A stretch of 63,199 nt of DNA, the filler included, from Octopus bimaculoides (lineage: Eukaryota), in assembly GCF_001194135.2 (NCBI RefSeq). It is 9 parts of 9 records of this genome, joined end to end, with 100 filler letters (N's around TTAATTAATTAA, not from the genome) between each part and the next. Parts side by side here need not be neighbours in the genome. Positions count along the whole stretch, not along the records: positions 10,894 to 12,176 come from NW_026353633.1; positions 12,277 to 38,850 come from NC_068985.1; 7 more parts are not named here. The stretch is one strand, 5' to 3'. The notes under the pieces were generated by a model. The model saw only the letters and a list, made by a program, of their open reading frames with translations, was not told the DNA's origin and did not search any database. Shown here piece after piece: positions 11,132-23,214 of this stretch. The translations under genes and the position numbers were made by a program. Numbering within the stretch: position 1 is the stretch's first letter; each line of letters starts with the position of its first letter.

Positions 11132-12276
11132 ATATCTATCTAAAACTGAACATTTGGCAAAAATTTTGCTATGCATGTGCATTGAATGATTGCATAAAGG
11201 TTAGTTGCGCATTTTAAGTGCATCTCGTACAGGTCCGATTACTGGTGACTCCAACAAGTCTATGCCTATAGATTATATTCCGAGCACATTAAAATGCATC
11301 CCTATTCTTCAAGCATTGCTTGGCCAAGATCATACTAAAGTGGTCTCTAACAGAGCATAGAGCTATCAATTCCTGACTTGTGTAGTCTCTATAATTGAAT
11401 TATAGAGACAAAGCCTCAGTTTCAGATTAGGGTCTAGTTAACTTGATCAACTGTCACTTTCACACGCTGACCGGGCCTATATTGCACGCACTGGACCGAA
11501 CCCGGAATTATATGATTGGGAAGAAAAAGCTTCATGCGTGTGTACATATGTGTGTACATATGTGTGTGACTGACTGCATATTTGTGAGTATGTTGTATGT
11601 GCCTCTGTTCTATGTGATTGTATGTGTGTGCTATATGTTATGACACAAAGACTCGTACAAACAAATTGGAAAATGACTAGTATTCACTAAGTATTGTAGA
11701 GTTTTATCGCATTTATTGTAACCTAGAAACTTCACGAATGGTTATTCAGAATTTGACCTTTCAGATACTAAACTCTCAAAAGAATCCGTAATTGTATCGT
11801 AGAAGTACAAATCATAACGTCTATCAACGATATAAACTCGAGTGTTTCTGCACACCACGAATCCCTATAAGGGTTTCTCTCAAGGTAATTGATGCAGTAT
11901 TCTGTGTTCTCACACACCCTCATGTTAAGTGGGATTGTTTTAAGTTTTCTTTCCATCGCACAGTCGAAACCGGTCTTTAAAAGCGTAAAGCTTTTTCGTT
12001 TAAGTGAAAACTGCATTTGAGGTTTGTGATAACATGAATTGGTTGATGTGTACATATATTTCTGCATGTTGTGTATATGAGCGTGTAGCTAAACTTGCAA
12101 TCGTGGTGTACAAATTACACTACAGCACAAATACTCTTTTACTCTTTTACTCTTTTACTTGTTTCAGTCATTTGACNNNNNNNNNNNNNNNNNNNNNNNN
12201 NNNNNNNNNNNNNNNNNNNNTTAATTAATTAANNNNNNNNNNNNNNNNNNNNNNNNNNNNNNNNNNNNNNNNNNNN

Positions 12277-12595
12277 AGCACATTTCCAAAGGTCTCGGTC
12301 AGTAGTCATCGCCTCGGTGAGGCCCAATGTACGAAGGTCTTGCCTCACCACCTCAGCCCAGGTCTTCCTGGGCCTACCTCTTCCACGGGTTCCCTCAACT
12401 GTTAGGGTGTGGCACTTTTTCACGCAGCTATCCTCATCCATTCTCACCACATGTCCATATCAGCGCAATCGTCTCTCTTGCACACCACAACTGATGCTTC
12501 TAATGTTCAGCTTTTCTCTCAAGATACTTACACTCTGACGGGTATTCACATTGACATTACACATCCAACGGAGCATACTGGCTTCATTCTTTGCG
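12277..12595 (-). mobile_element. RTE-clade LINE, C-terminal ORF fragment
   Basis: NEASMLRWMCNV...ERRLR*YGHVVRMDEDSCVKK...GTRGRGRPRKTWAEVVRQDL...DRDLW, the typical RTE C-terminus. 5' junction next to (TA)n; 3' end in a gap. Confidence 0.88.
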
Positions 12596-12814
12596 AGATA
12601 TATATATATACACACAGGGGAATAGTACTACTGGTTCATTTTCACTACCACTCTCCCCTACAAATCAGTAGCCATGTAGCTCATCTACAACAAAGAACTT
12701 GCTAAACCCCAACCCTTTCTCACATACCTTGACCTTCACCTAGCTCAGAGACACACCCCACTACTCAGGTTTTGTAGATGTGTGAACTGCATGGCAAACT
12801 CACTAGTGTTGATA

Positions 12815-12984
12815 GCACAAAAAATGCACCCAGTTCATGATGTAATGTGGCTGGCATTAGAAACCAGTTGTAGAAACCATGCCAGAGTGCCCACTGGAGC
12901 ATGATGCATTCCTTGGACTCATCAAATCCTGTAAACCACCCAACCCATGTCAGTATGGAACATGGATGTTAGATGATGATGATG
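12815..12984 (+). mobile_element. RTE 3'-end fragment with (GAT)n tail, degenerate
   Basis: GGCATTAG...GTAGAAACCATGCC...CCAACCCATG...GATGTTAGATGATGATGATG; similar to 28041-28268 and 46886-47199. Confidence 0.65.
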
Positions 12985-12987
12985 TAT

Positions 12988-13130
12988 ATCATCATCATCA
13001 ACATTTAACATTGATAGGAACTGGCAAGAACAGGGGCTGCACCAGGTTCCATAGTCGGTTTCTACAACTGGACGCCCTTCCTAATGCCAACCACGCTACA
13101 GAGTGTACTGGGTTGGGGTTTTATGTAGCA
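12988..13130 (-). mobile_element. RTE 3'-end fragment, tail-to-tail with the previous copy
   Basis: (ATC)n then CTACAACTGGACGCCCTTCCTAATGCCAACCAC, the reverse complement of the shared 3' UTR. Confidence 0.65.
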
Positions 13131-13404
13131 CCTTGGTTTTAGGATCTCAATTCTGCTGTGGTGGATAGATCTTCTTGTGTACAGCAATGTACCACATATC
13201 TTGGTCCTCTGCCATTTTCTTCATAAGCTTCAGCACTTTGAGATCAGCCTTCAATACTTCATCCCATGTTTCCTGCATCTCCTTTTTCCACACCTCTCTC
13301 TGCTTTAAGTGACTGGCGTTTCTTTATGCAACTGTTCACATCCATCCGCATATGTATATTATGTGTGTGTGTGAGCGCACGCATGTGTTTGTGTGTTGTG
13401 TATT

Positions 13405-13449
<45 letters not shown>

Positions 13450-13461
13450 GGTATTACCTAT

Positions 13462-13606
13462 TACTGGTTCAAATATGTTTGGGGCATGTTTGAACCCATA
13501 AGAAAGCCATTCGCTGTGTTTTGTCATGGAGAAAATTTCCATGACAAAATACAGTGAATGGCTTTCTTGAAAGTTTGAATATGCCCCAAGTATATTTGGA
13601 CTGGTA
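13462..13606 (+). other. Long imperfect hairpin (71-bp stem, 3-nt loop)
   Basis: Hand pairing of 13462-13532 with 13536-13606 gives 56 Watson-Crick pairs, 12 G.T pairs and 3 mismatches. Confidence 0.85.
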
Positions 13607-13694
13607 TTAATCTTGTATTTATACACATCACTGCTTAGTGATGCCAACCTGTATGTATGTATGTATGTATGTATGTATGTATGTATGCATTTAT

Positions 13695-13835
13695 GCATGT
13701 ATGTTTTAATATTTGCAGCGATATTACATTTGGTATCTTGAAAATATAAATATTGCCATATGCAGAGATCACATTATGTAGGGGGATAAAACATTTTACT
13801 ACAGAAGTGGGAATAGCATAATACTGAGAACACAT
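13695..13835 (+). repeat. Unclassified 140-bp dispersed repeat, copy 1
   Basis: Closely matches the reverse complement of 15855-16000 (TTTTAATATTTGCAGC...ATTGCCATAT...GTGGGAATAGCAT). Confidence 0.75.
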
Positions 13836-13875
13836 TGTACTCTCATAAATACAGTATGTATGCTATATCCAAATT

Positions 13876-13908
<33 letters not shown>

Positions 13909-14029
13909 ATACCTCCATCATTGTCCTACTGGGGTAGCCAAGTATCTCCTCTGTAGTAATACAACAATCTCTCACCTGGCATACAGCCACTTCCCTCAGT
14001 ACCACTCCTTCTCTCAGCTGAAAGGTCTT

Positions 14030-14252
14030 TGTCATGCAAGGTATATGGCAACCCTGCTAGTGCTGGTGCTAGTGCCATGTAAAAAGCGCCCAGTACACTC
14101 TATAAATTGGTTGGTGTTAGGAAGTGTATCCAGCCATAGAAGCCATACCAAAACAGTTGGTTGGAGCCTGATGCAGCCCTCAGTCTTGCCAGCTCTTTTC
14201 AAACTCTCCAACCCATGCCAGCATAGAAAACGGATGTTAAATAATGATGATG
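14030..14252 (+). mobile_element. RTE 3'-end fragment with (GAT)n tail
   Basis: GCCATGTAAAAAGCGCCC...TGGTTGGTGTTAGGAAG...CCAACCCATGCCAGCAT...GGATGTTAAATAATGATGATG. Confidence 0.7.
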
Positions 14253-14699
14253 TTACATTTATGCAAGTGTATGTGTGTGTATATATATATCACCAAAAGA
14301 GTAGAAAACCAGATGTTCAGATAAGCAATCTTGTTCTATCAACCTCGTATATCTCTAATCCTTCTCTTTCAGTGCAGATCATCATAATTAGCTTATTAGT
14401 TCATTTCATTACCTATGTAAACATAGTTTCGTCTTCCACGCTGTATGTTTCTCTCTCTTTCCCCCTCTCTTTCACGCTCATTGATTATCATCACTTATTC
14501 ATTCATTTATCTAATTTTGTCACAGATTGGCTGATCGAAAACTCTTGGTTATAGCTCTAGCTAAGATTTTCAAATGCCCAATTCTATCTCACTATTATCA
14601 TAATATTCTCTGACACCAGCAACTTGAGTTTCTCTCCTGTGAAATTTGGCTGGAGATTCCCTGCACATCTCTCTATGTGTACACTCAAAGGTATCTGTC

Positions 14700-15560
14700 T
14701 ATACTTTGGGAAGCAGATATGTTCCTTATGTAGTGTGGTTCTTCATCTAAGTGTCATACTTATCTGTCCTTTATAGTTATGTCCACAACCTGAACAAGTT
14801 ATAACATAAATTAAATTCTCGGATGCACAAGTGAAGTTGGTTTTAATTGAACCGCTCTCCTTGTTTGGACATCCACATTTTTTAACCATTGGTTTTGTGG
14901 ATGTTGTGTAAAGCTTTGAATTTGTAAGAAGTCTTTTCAGCAATTTGGGTTGCTTTTTACATTTGATGAATTTATGTGTTTTCAGAATGTTGTTAATTTT
15001 TGGGTCCCTAGTGAGCATTGGTAGATTTTGTACAATAGTGTTGTATGCCTCATTGTTCCTAGAGTTGTGAATTGATATATATGGTTAATATTTTGAGATG
15101 AGATGATGAGGTGTGGTGCTTCGTTTTGTTTCCCTTAATGTTTTAATGCCTATTTTCTTGGCACATTTAATTCCAACATCCATAAGTGAGGGTGGATAGT
15201 GTCTCTCAGTTAGTGTTGTTTTGAGGTCTTGAAGATGGAGGTCATGAGTATTTCCATCAGACATTATTGTGCAAATCTTTTTCGCTAAATTAAAGAGAAT
15301 ATTTCTTTTGATGTGTTTTGGATGGCATGAGCTAAACAGAAGATATTGCTTCAAATCCATTGGCTGATGATAAATGTCTGTTACAATTTGGTTGTTGACT
15401 TTTTTTATCAGAATATCTAAGAAAAGGAGCTGTTCTTTGCTATGATACATTGTAAACTTAATGTTAGGGTTTATACTATTTAGTATAGACTTAAATTCCA
15501 AAGGTTTATCAATGGTCTTTTTCCAAATGATAAAGCAGTTATCCAGATATCTTTTTCAGT
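14700..15560 (-). mobile_element. Penelope-like element fragment (RT C-terminal half and GIY-YIG)
   Basis: RYLDNCFIIWKK; QLLFLDILIKK; TDIYHQPMDLKQYLLFSSCHPKHIKRN; ENLIYVITCSGCGHNYKGQ. Related to the 7757-9710 lineage. Confidence 0.88.
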
Positions 15561-15854
15561 TGTATATATTCAACAGTATCAGCACCAAGCAGTGTTCAGG
15601 CATAAGCAAACTTTAGTTAAAATATTTTTGCAACATATTTCAACTTCTAAAGGTAAGTTCACTGCAGTTACTATGGGGTTACTATGGGGAAAAATCCTCT
15701 CTTATGGTATAAAGATGTAAAAACACCATATCTACCCAGGGTAGATACAGCATTTCTAGCTGTTTAGCTGTTATCATATATATTATATATATACATACAC
15801 ACACAAACACATATATTGTATAATTTGGATATAGTATATTTACTGTATTTATGC

Positions 15855-16000
15855 AAGTGAAATGTATTCTCTGGTATAATGCTATTCCCACCTCTGTAGT
15901 AATATATTTTATCCCCTTACATAATGTGATCTCTGGATATGGCAATATTCGTATTTTCAAGAAACCAAATATAATATTGCTGCAAATATTAAAACACATA
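15855..16000 (-). repeat. Unclassified 140-bp dispersed repeat, copy 2 (inverted)
   Basis: Reverse-complement match to 13695-13835. Confidence 0.75.
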
Positions 16001-16849
16001 AAATAAATGTAACTAAATAAAAAGAAATAAAACATACATTAAAACTGACACAAATTTTGCTTTTTCTCAGTAATTTTTACTGAAAAACTATTAAGCAAAG
16101 AGTACAGCTCAGGTTGAAAAAAGAAAAGGCTTATTGTTCATAAAATTAATTTATTACTTAGAAACTACCAAAGTCTGGTTTATTATCTGATTCTCCAAAT
16201 AACTCCATTCTGCTTGATTTAACTTTCATCAATGCCCCCTGTCCCCATCCTATCATTATCTTCTTCATCCAAATTTGCAGTGGTGTTTGTAGTTGCCTTC
16301 TGATCATTCCATATCGAATTATCTTTTGTTCCAACCAATTTATTACTGATGCCATTCTTAAAAAGTTCAAAGAAACCTTACACTCAAATAAACCATTCCT
16401 AGTTACTTTCATCCAGGTGACAACAATATAAGACCAGGCTTTTGAGATTACTTCCGGCTTTTCTCATCTTCATCTGCTGACATCCCTAATATCCAGTGTT
16501 TGTTATCTTCATTCTTAAAGAGTTTGTTTAAAAGCTAAAGAACACTAGTCAAAGGAAATGGCATTATAGCTTGATAAGTTTCCATATACTTCAATATTAT
16601 TATACTGGCACAATAAGATGGGTCCTAAACTGATCCCCACCAGCAGGTTTCTTTAGAAGTAATCTAGATTGTTTATCTGATACTTTTCTCCCTCATAAAT
16701 GCATAACTTCTCCATCATCTTAGCCTTTAGGTTGGTACTGTATAGTATCCTGACAAGGAAATACTTCATTTTTTAAAACATTATCTGTTTTTAAAAAATA
16801 ACCTTGGGATGTCGTTCAATCCCATCAGCTAAACATGAAACTCAGTAAA

Positions 16850-17300
16850 ATATATTCTTGAGTATGACACAAGATCAAGACCTTCCTACTGGCAGTAACC
16901 AAAAGTACGCATTGAAAGAGAATATATTAATTACAGAATTGATGGAGGTTGGGAAGAAATAATTAATCACATTGTTTCTGACTGCCCAGTCTTATCCAAG
17001 ATAAAATATATCTACAGGCATGACAGAACTGGGGCTTTCATATACTGGAAGTTATCTCAGAATTATACATTATCAAAAGAAAAGAGATGATATAAACACC
17101 TCCAGAGAATGTATAAAAGAATGGCAATATGACAATACTCTAAGCCATAAATATACTAAGCCATAAAGACAGGAAGATGAAGGCTAATTGGCTGGATATT
17201 GTGGTGAAAGACAACCAGGAATGGAATTGCCTCCTAACTAATGTTTAAATCTGGAGATAAAGATAATGTGGGGAATAAAAATAGAAACAATCTCTTGAGA
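16850..17300 (+). mobile_element. Old R4/Dong-type non-LTR retrotransposon fragment (CCHC to REL endonuclease region)
   Basis: QDQDLPT; EIINHIVSDCPVLSKIKYIYRHDRTGAFIYWKLS; KMKANWLDIVVKD...CLL, the decayed RHD and PD..D motifs of restriction-like endonuclease elements. Confidence 0.7.
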
Positions 17301-17369
17301 TTAATGAAACAAAACATGCAACTAAAAAGTCTGCATCAGTCCTACAGAGCTCATGGGGCTGCAGCTTAT

Positions 17370-17562
17370 CTACATTTTCAAAGTGTTTTAGTCTTAGAGT
17401 ACAAGACTTGCTCCTATTGGATAGGATGTCAGCTTGTACTGGAGGGATTTGATATGAAGTGCCTTACTCAAGGCCTCAGTGTGCCAACCAACCCAAGAAC
17501 TGAACTAAACTTAACAGTCATAAGTCTAACACCCTTAACCACTGGGCCATGCTTCTTCACGT
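17370..17562 (-). mobile_element. SINE family 3, degenerate
   Basis: Reverse complement starts GTGAAGAAGCATGGCCCAGTGGTTAAGGGTGTTAGACTTATGA, similar to the head of 60141-60385. Confidence 0.55.
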
Positions 17563-18430
17563 GCTGACTTATATATAACCAAAACCTCAAGGACTTAAAA
17601 ATATGACCAACATATAGAAAATAACATTACTAATCTCTGTAGCCATCCTACATTGGGTACTTTCAATACAACAGAAATTAAAAAAATGTCTCTTGTTAAG
17701 GTTTGTATTTGCAAAATAGTTCACTCTGGAGGAAACATCTTCACTTGCTGTAACATCTCTCAGGATCTCAGACAGAATTCCCTGTTACCAGTATTCAGTT
17801 GTTCAATCAACTGAACTACTAGCCTCATTGAATTAACATGTAAGTGACTGAGTATTCCATAGACGTTTACCCTTAACATAAGGTGAAATCAACATGACAC
17901 TGTGTGTGATAAGTATGTCCTTTTTGAATTACCAGTACAATCCATTAGATGGGCTTCCGTACAATTTGTCAATGCAGTTTAGCTCAAAAGATAGAAATCA
18001 ACCAGAGGCTATAGAAAATGACTCCTTGCCTGAGATGCCACACAGCAGACCTTATGATCGCAAAGTAAACTTCTTAACTATACTGTGTCTAGTAAATGAT
18101 AGACTAATTTCTTGTACATTTTGTTCTCATACAAGCACCTGATAAATACCAATATTTGTGACATGTTTGTAATGTAGAACCTATGGTTGGATAAACATAC
18201 AGTTTTGTGGGTTTAAAATGAAACGGAAATAAATTCATCAGAAGTGATGATTGTATCATCCAATAATTTCATAAAGAGAACATGAAGAGATCTGGTGAAA
18301 TACCATAATTTTATTAAAACAGAACTCCCTCATTAAGTCACATCCACAAGCATCTACTTGTATTGAACCTTTTAGTGATATCTTACAGATTGCAGAAATA
18401 GCAGCTGAGGAACACCATCCTGACATACTA

Positions 18431-18647
18431 CCAGGGGGTGCTGGAAAGTTCCTGGCTTTGGGTTAAAGAAAATATAGGAGGATCAGTTAATTACGATTTT
18501 ATTCAAAATATTTCCCTCTCAGATTCACACACATATTGCAGCAGTCCTTCAGCTTTTCTAAGCCCTGTAAAAGAACTCATACAGTTGGACCTCCAACCAA
18601 GCCTTTTACGATATCCTTAAAGCCAGGAACTGTTCGGCACCCCCTCG
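18431..18647. mobile_element. Mariner-type MITE, complete, TA target duplication
   Basis: TA|CCAGGGGGTGCTGGAAAGTTCCTGGCTTT ... AAAGCCAGGAACTGTTCGGCACCCCCTCG|TA; about 29-bp TIRs. Second copy at 54773-55851. Confidence 0.85.
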
Positions 18648-19734
18648 TATATCCAGCAATGAATATGACTGAGAAGGCAATTTGGTAGCTTACATGTCAA
18701 TGCATGAAAACCAACTTGTGGCATATGAGCAATGCAGTAATCCTGCATGACTACTGAGCTGTACAGAAAGAACCAATGGGAAGTTGGGGCATTGTTCCTG
18801 TTGATTCCCAATAGATTGTTTCCATGATTTCACTGTCGTCACTTTCACTTAATTTACTTGCATTCTTTTTAAACTCCTAAACTACACACTAACCAGAAAA
18901 TGTTTTGTTCTTGCTATTTGAAAAATTTAACCATTATCCATGAGATATTTCAAGTCTGTGTAATTGAGAATTAACTAATATTTTGAAATAACCATAAAAA
19001 AAAAAAATAATTAAATCACTAACTGGCATTAGTAAAGATGAATTTATATAAATTGTATAGCAAATTCAAAATTAAAACATTTAAAATTTTGTTTTATATT
19101 TATTGAATTAATTTTATGGGACATGAAGTTACTCAGGAAAATGGGGAAAAAATTGCAACATTATTTGTTTATCGAATGAGTAAATTATACAGTAGTCACA
19201 ATTAAATTGTTTCAGCAAGTAGCTATTATTGCTTACTGCCTGTATATAAATCATATATTTCCAGATCAAAATTTAAAAATCATAGCTGTAAACATACCAT
19301 ATTGACACAATCCACAAAAAAACATTTCCTCCTCTCAGAATGTTAGTACATGACAGAACATAAGACAAAGAGTGCCAAGTATCATGAGACACAATACCAA
19401 ATACATCAAAACAAAAATACATGATAAAAACTAAACTTCATTATAATAAACTAACAAAAATGAGTATTGATAACAAAATATAGAAAGATCATTTTTTTTT
19501 TTTTCCTTTTGTAAATGCTTGGTTGTTCCAGAGGCGAAGGAAAGAGGTTATAATTTTTACAAGATGTGGCAGCCATTAAATGAAGTGTAAACTGCAAGTG
19601 TGTAGCAGAAACTAGGTAAGAACAAAATGAGTGTAGTCCATTTAACTGTTGTTCTATTCTTCTTCAGTTTTCATTCTCAACTTTCATTGTATATTTTGCA
19701 GACAAATTTTCTTGCATGTATTTTTTTTCTTTTA

Positions 19735-20104
19735 ACTGTTTCAGTTGTTAGATTGTGGTCATGCTGGGGAACCACCTTCAAGAATTTTTGATTGAATGTA
19801 TTGACCCCAGTATTTATCTGTTTAAAGCCTGGTACATACTCTATTGTTTCCTTTTGCCGAGCCACTAAGTTACAGGGATATCAATATACCAGCACTGGTT
19901 GTCAAGTGGTGGCAGGGGATAGACACAGACACAAAGACACACATACACATATACAATGGGTTTCTTTCAGTTTCTGTCTACCAAGTCCACTCACAAAGCT
20001 TTGGTCAGACCAAGGCTATAGTAGAAGACACTCGCCAAGGTGCCACACAGTGGGACTGAACCCCGAACCATGTGGTTGAGAAGGAAGCTTCTTACTACAT
20101 AGCC
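19735..20104 (-). mobile_element. SINE family 1, near full length, diverged
   Basis: Colinear with 39962-40367, including the internal microsatellite position. Confidence 0.85.
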
Positions 20105-20279
20105 CACAACCAATTTTCAATACTAGATGGTTTGCACAGAATCGAGGCAGATTGGAGGGTTTGCTTGATCAACAAATTTATTCTTTCTTAAATTTAATTT
20201 TAAATATTCAGATCAAATCCATCTTGATTCCCTACATCACACATTAAAGTAAAAAGGGATAACACTTTTTGGATTTTAT

Positions 20280-20470
20280 GTGAAGGCATGTGATCTAGCA
20301 GTCAGGATGTTGACCTCACCTTCAAAAGGTCATGAACTGTATTCCTAGACCAGCTAGTACATTGTGTCTTAAGCAGGGCTCTTCATTTTATGTTGTTCTG
20401 TGCTTATGCAGCTGAAAACATGTACCATCCGAGTGCTGGTGCAGCTTCCTCTCGCTCCAGCTGTCACACC
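20280..20470 (+). mobile_element. SINE family 3, degenerate
   Basis: GTGAAGGCATGTGATCTAGCAGTCAGGATGTTGACC...ATTCCTAGACC...TTGTGTCTTAAGCA resembles 60141-60385. Confidence 0.5.
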
Positions 20471-21149
20471 CTTGATGTGAAGGACTGAAAGGTTGTCTAT
20501 GTCTGTATGTGACTATATAGGTAAGAGTCTTGCTCAAGATGCAACACACTACCTGATCTAGAAATACAACCCCCAAGCTTTTGAATATGAAGTCAAAACT
20601 CTAACTACTAGATCACATTCCCTCACATAAAATTAAAAATGCTTATATCTCTTAGGTTTACCAGGGGTTGCCCAACTAAGTACTAACTATGCACAACATT
20701 GCTTAAATATGTTGATTAGACAAGAACCATTGTTTCCAACATGATGTGGCCATAAATAAATATCACAAGAAACGTATACACAATAATAATGTAACTGTTT
20801 CTTTTGCGATGTCCTCAAAGTTGCTGGAAAGGGTTGGAAGGATCAGGCTATGAATGATCCCTTGTTGACCCTTTTACTGAGCTGATTCAGAGAGACAGAC
20901 AGAATGTTAGTGGTGAGAACCTACCATAGTACTTGACTGGTACTTTGTTTACTGACCCTGAAAGAATGAATAACAAGTATGGCCTTGATATAATTCAGTC
21001 CAAATGCAGCAAACCAGAATACATAAAGTAAATCATTCTAAAAAAATACCTTAAAGAATCTGCAGGTTACTATGAATGTATGTGTGTGAATATATATATA
21101 TAAAGCAAATAATGAGAATATTTCATTGTAGAGAGACATGAAGATTGTG

Positions 21150-21555
21150 GTATCAAGGTGGTATAAGAGAGAACATTTAGTTGGAGAGAGAGGGGGGAGT
21201 TGTTTACAGATTTCAATGGAATAAAAGTTAATGTTTAGTTGATGAGAGAGTAAGACTGAAAAACAGTTGTTTACAGATCTTGATGGAAGAAGAGAAAGAG
21301 AGGAAGGAAGTTGTTTACAGACCTTGATGGGATAAGAGAGAATGTCTAGCTGAAAAGAGAGAGGGAGAGAGAGGAAGACAGTTGAACATAGATTTCAATG
21401 GAATAAGAGAGAATGTCCAGTTGTAGAGAGAGAGAGAGAGAAAGAGAGAGACAAAAAGGGGGAAAAGGTTGTTTACAGATTTAGATAGAATAAAAGAGAA
21501 TGTTTAGTTGGAGAGAAAGAGACAGGAAGATAGTTGTTTATAGAGCTCGATGGAT
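21150..21555. repeat. Degenerate tandem repeat: GTTGTTTACAGAT...GGAATAAGAGAGAATGTTTAGTTG units separated by purine runs
   Basis: About six to seven recognisable units with variable GA-rich spacers. Confidence 0.75.
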
Positions 21556-21912
21556 TGAGTTTACACTCGTGAACAAATAAATATGATTTTATTTCACCAA
21601 ATATCAATATATTTTAATATCTTGATCAAAGGAAGAAATAAGTGATGCGATTCTGTGAATGGAATTAAATTACAGATATAAAGTTATGGCATGGAATGGC
21701 TTTCGTGATGGCGAAATTGGTTGCTTTATATTGATAACAAATATTCATAAACTACAGATATGCTGTATTATGGAGGCTGATGTCTATAAATTTATGAAGG
21801 TTAAACTGATATATCGCACTTGACAGTGACACTGTTTTAACACTTCAGGAGCAATCTACCATTACAGAGGGAGTGTAAGGGAGGAAAGAGAGAATGTACA
21901 TCACAAAATCTA

Positions 21913-22060
21913 CACCAATAAAAGATAATATGGCAGGCATTGTAGAGCTGTTGACTAAAAGCCTGGCATTATTTGTTTGTCCTTAGGTCCTGGTTTCAAA
22001 TGCAGTTACTATTGACTTTTGTCATTTCTCTGTCATTTAGCCCTTTTGCTTGAGACTGCC
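21913..22060 (+). mobile_element. SINE family 2, degenerate
   Basis: TGGCAGGCATTGTAGAGC...GGTTTCAAATGCAG...TTGACTTT resembles the 40927 head. Confidence 0.4.
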
Positions 22061-22829
22061 CTTAGTTTCATGATAGAAATAATTGGTTTTAAAAGGATTT
22101 CAATTAAAACCTTTCATTAACATTTCATGTTAATTTATGTCCCAAACACCAGCTTAATATCAACAAAGTTACTTTACTAAATTCTTCTTTATTTTCGAAA
22201 TTTATTGAAGCAAAGACAGTGTATCCCAACAGAAATGGTAACAAGACAGTTAATCATGACATATCTTAATAATACTAAAACTCTAGATGTTTGTTTGTTT
22301 GTTCCTGAAATATCTCAGAAATAGTATATTTTATCTTAATTTTTTTACATATATATTTTTATATTTACTTTATGCACTGCAGTATGAGGTTTTGTGATAT
22401 TTGGACCACTATGTATTAATGAAAATGATTAAACACAATTTTTGCCTGTTACTTCCTGACGAAAATAGACATGGCTTCTGTGATGTCAACACATATACAC
22501 ACATACAGAATACACACATATATAATGAATGTCATGGCATGTGAATCGACACAAACACATGTATGCTATCTGTGACATATACACACACATAGTCTTCATG
22601 CTCTCTCTTTATCACTCTTTAAGAAAAAAATGACGTCGACTTTTTGACATACACAGACACTGACGTAGACAAACATCTTTTTTGTGGAGATTACTTATCG
22701 TTTCATCATTTCAGATTTAATTCTATTTCATTCATTTGACATTTGTAATCTCTTTCACAATTTTCTTCAGACATTAAATTGATTACTATTGTTCAAATAG
22801 TTCCAATTAAATAAGTCCAGAAGTTAGGT

Positions 22830-22862
<33 letters not shown>

Positions 22863-23214
22863 NNNNNNNNNNCCATTCTACAAACTGGCAAACAATTCTG
22901 TGAATACTTTACTGGGCAATGCTGGGTAGTAAGTCTAATATTTTACTAAAATTTTCATTATTTTCAAAATTAACTGAAACAAAGACAATGTATTTCAAAA
23001 GAAATATGGTGATAAAAGGGTTAACTATATCACAGTCATACGCTATATCCATCAAGTGAACTATACTCCAAATTTGCTAAAACAGTGCAGCATGTCATAA
23101 TATTACAGAAAATGAAAGCCAGTGTTAATGAAAAAAACTGGAATAATAGATTAAGAATCTGTTATTATTTAGTTTTGTCTCCCATCATTGCAGGTTCAGG
23201 TATCAGCAGCACCA

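Noticed and set aside
16158-16540. Minus-strand open stretches (GFFELFKNG...GIDES* and LLNKLFKNED...) as host exons
   Set aside because: Weak or absent splice signals, in-frame stops between the pieces and no recognisable family.
21150-21555. Repeat-spacer pattern as a CRISPR-like array
   Set aside because: Eukaryotic context; repeats are degenerate and spacers are low-complexity GA runs of uneven length.
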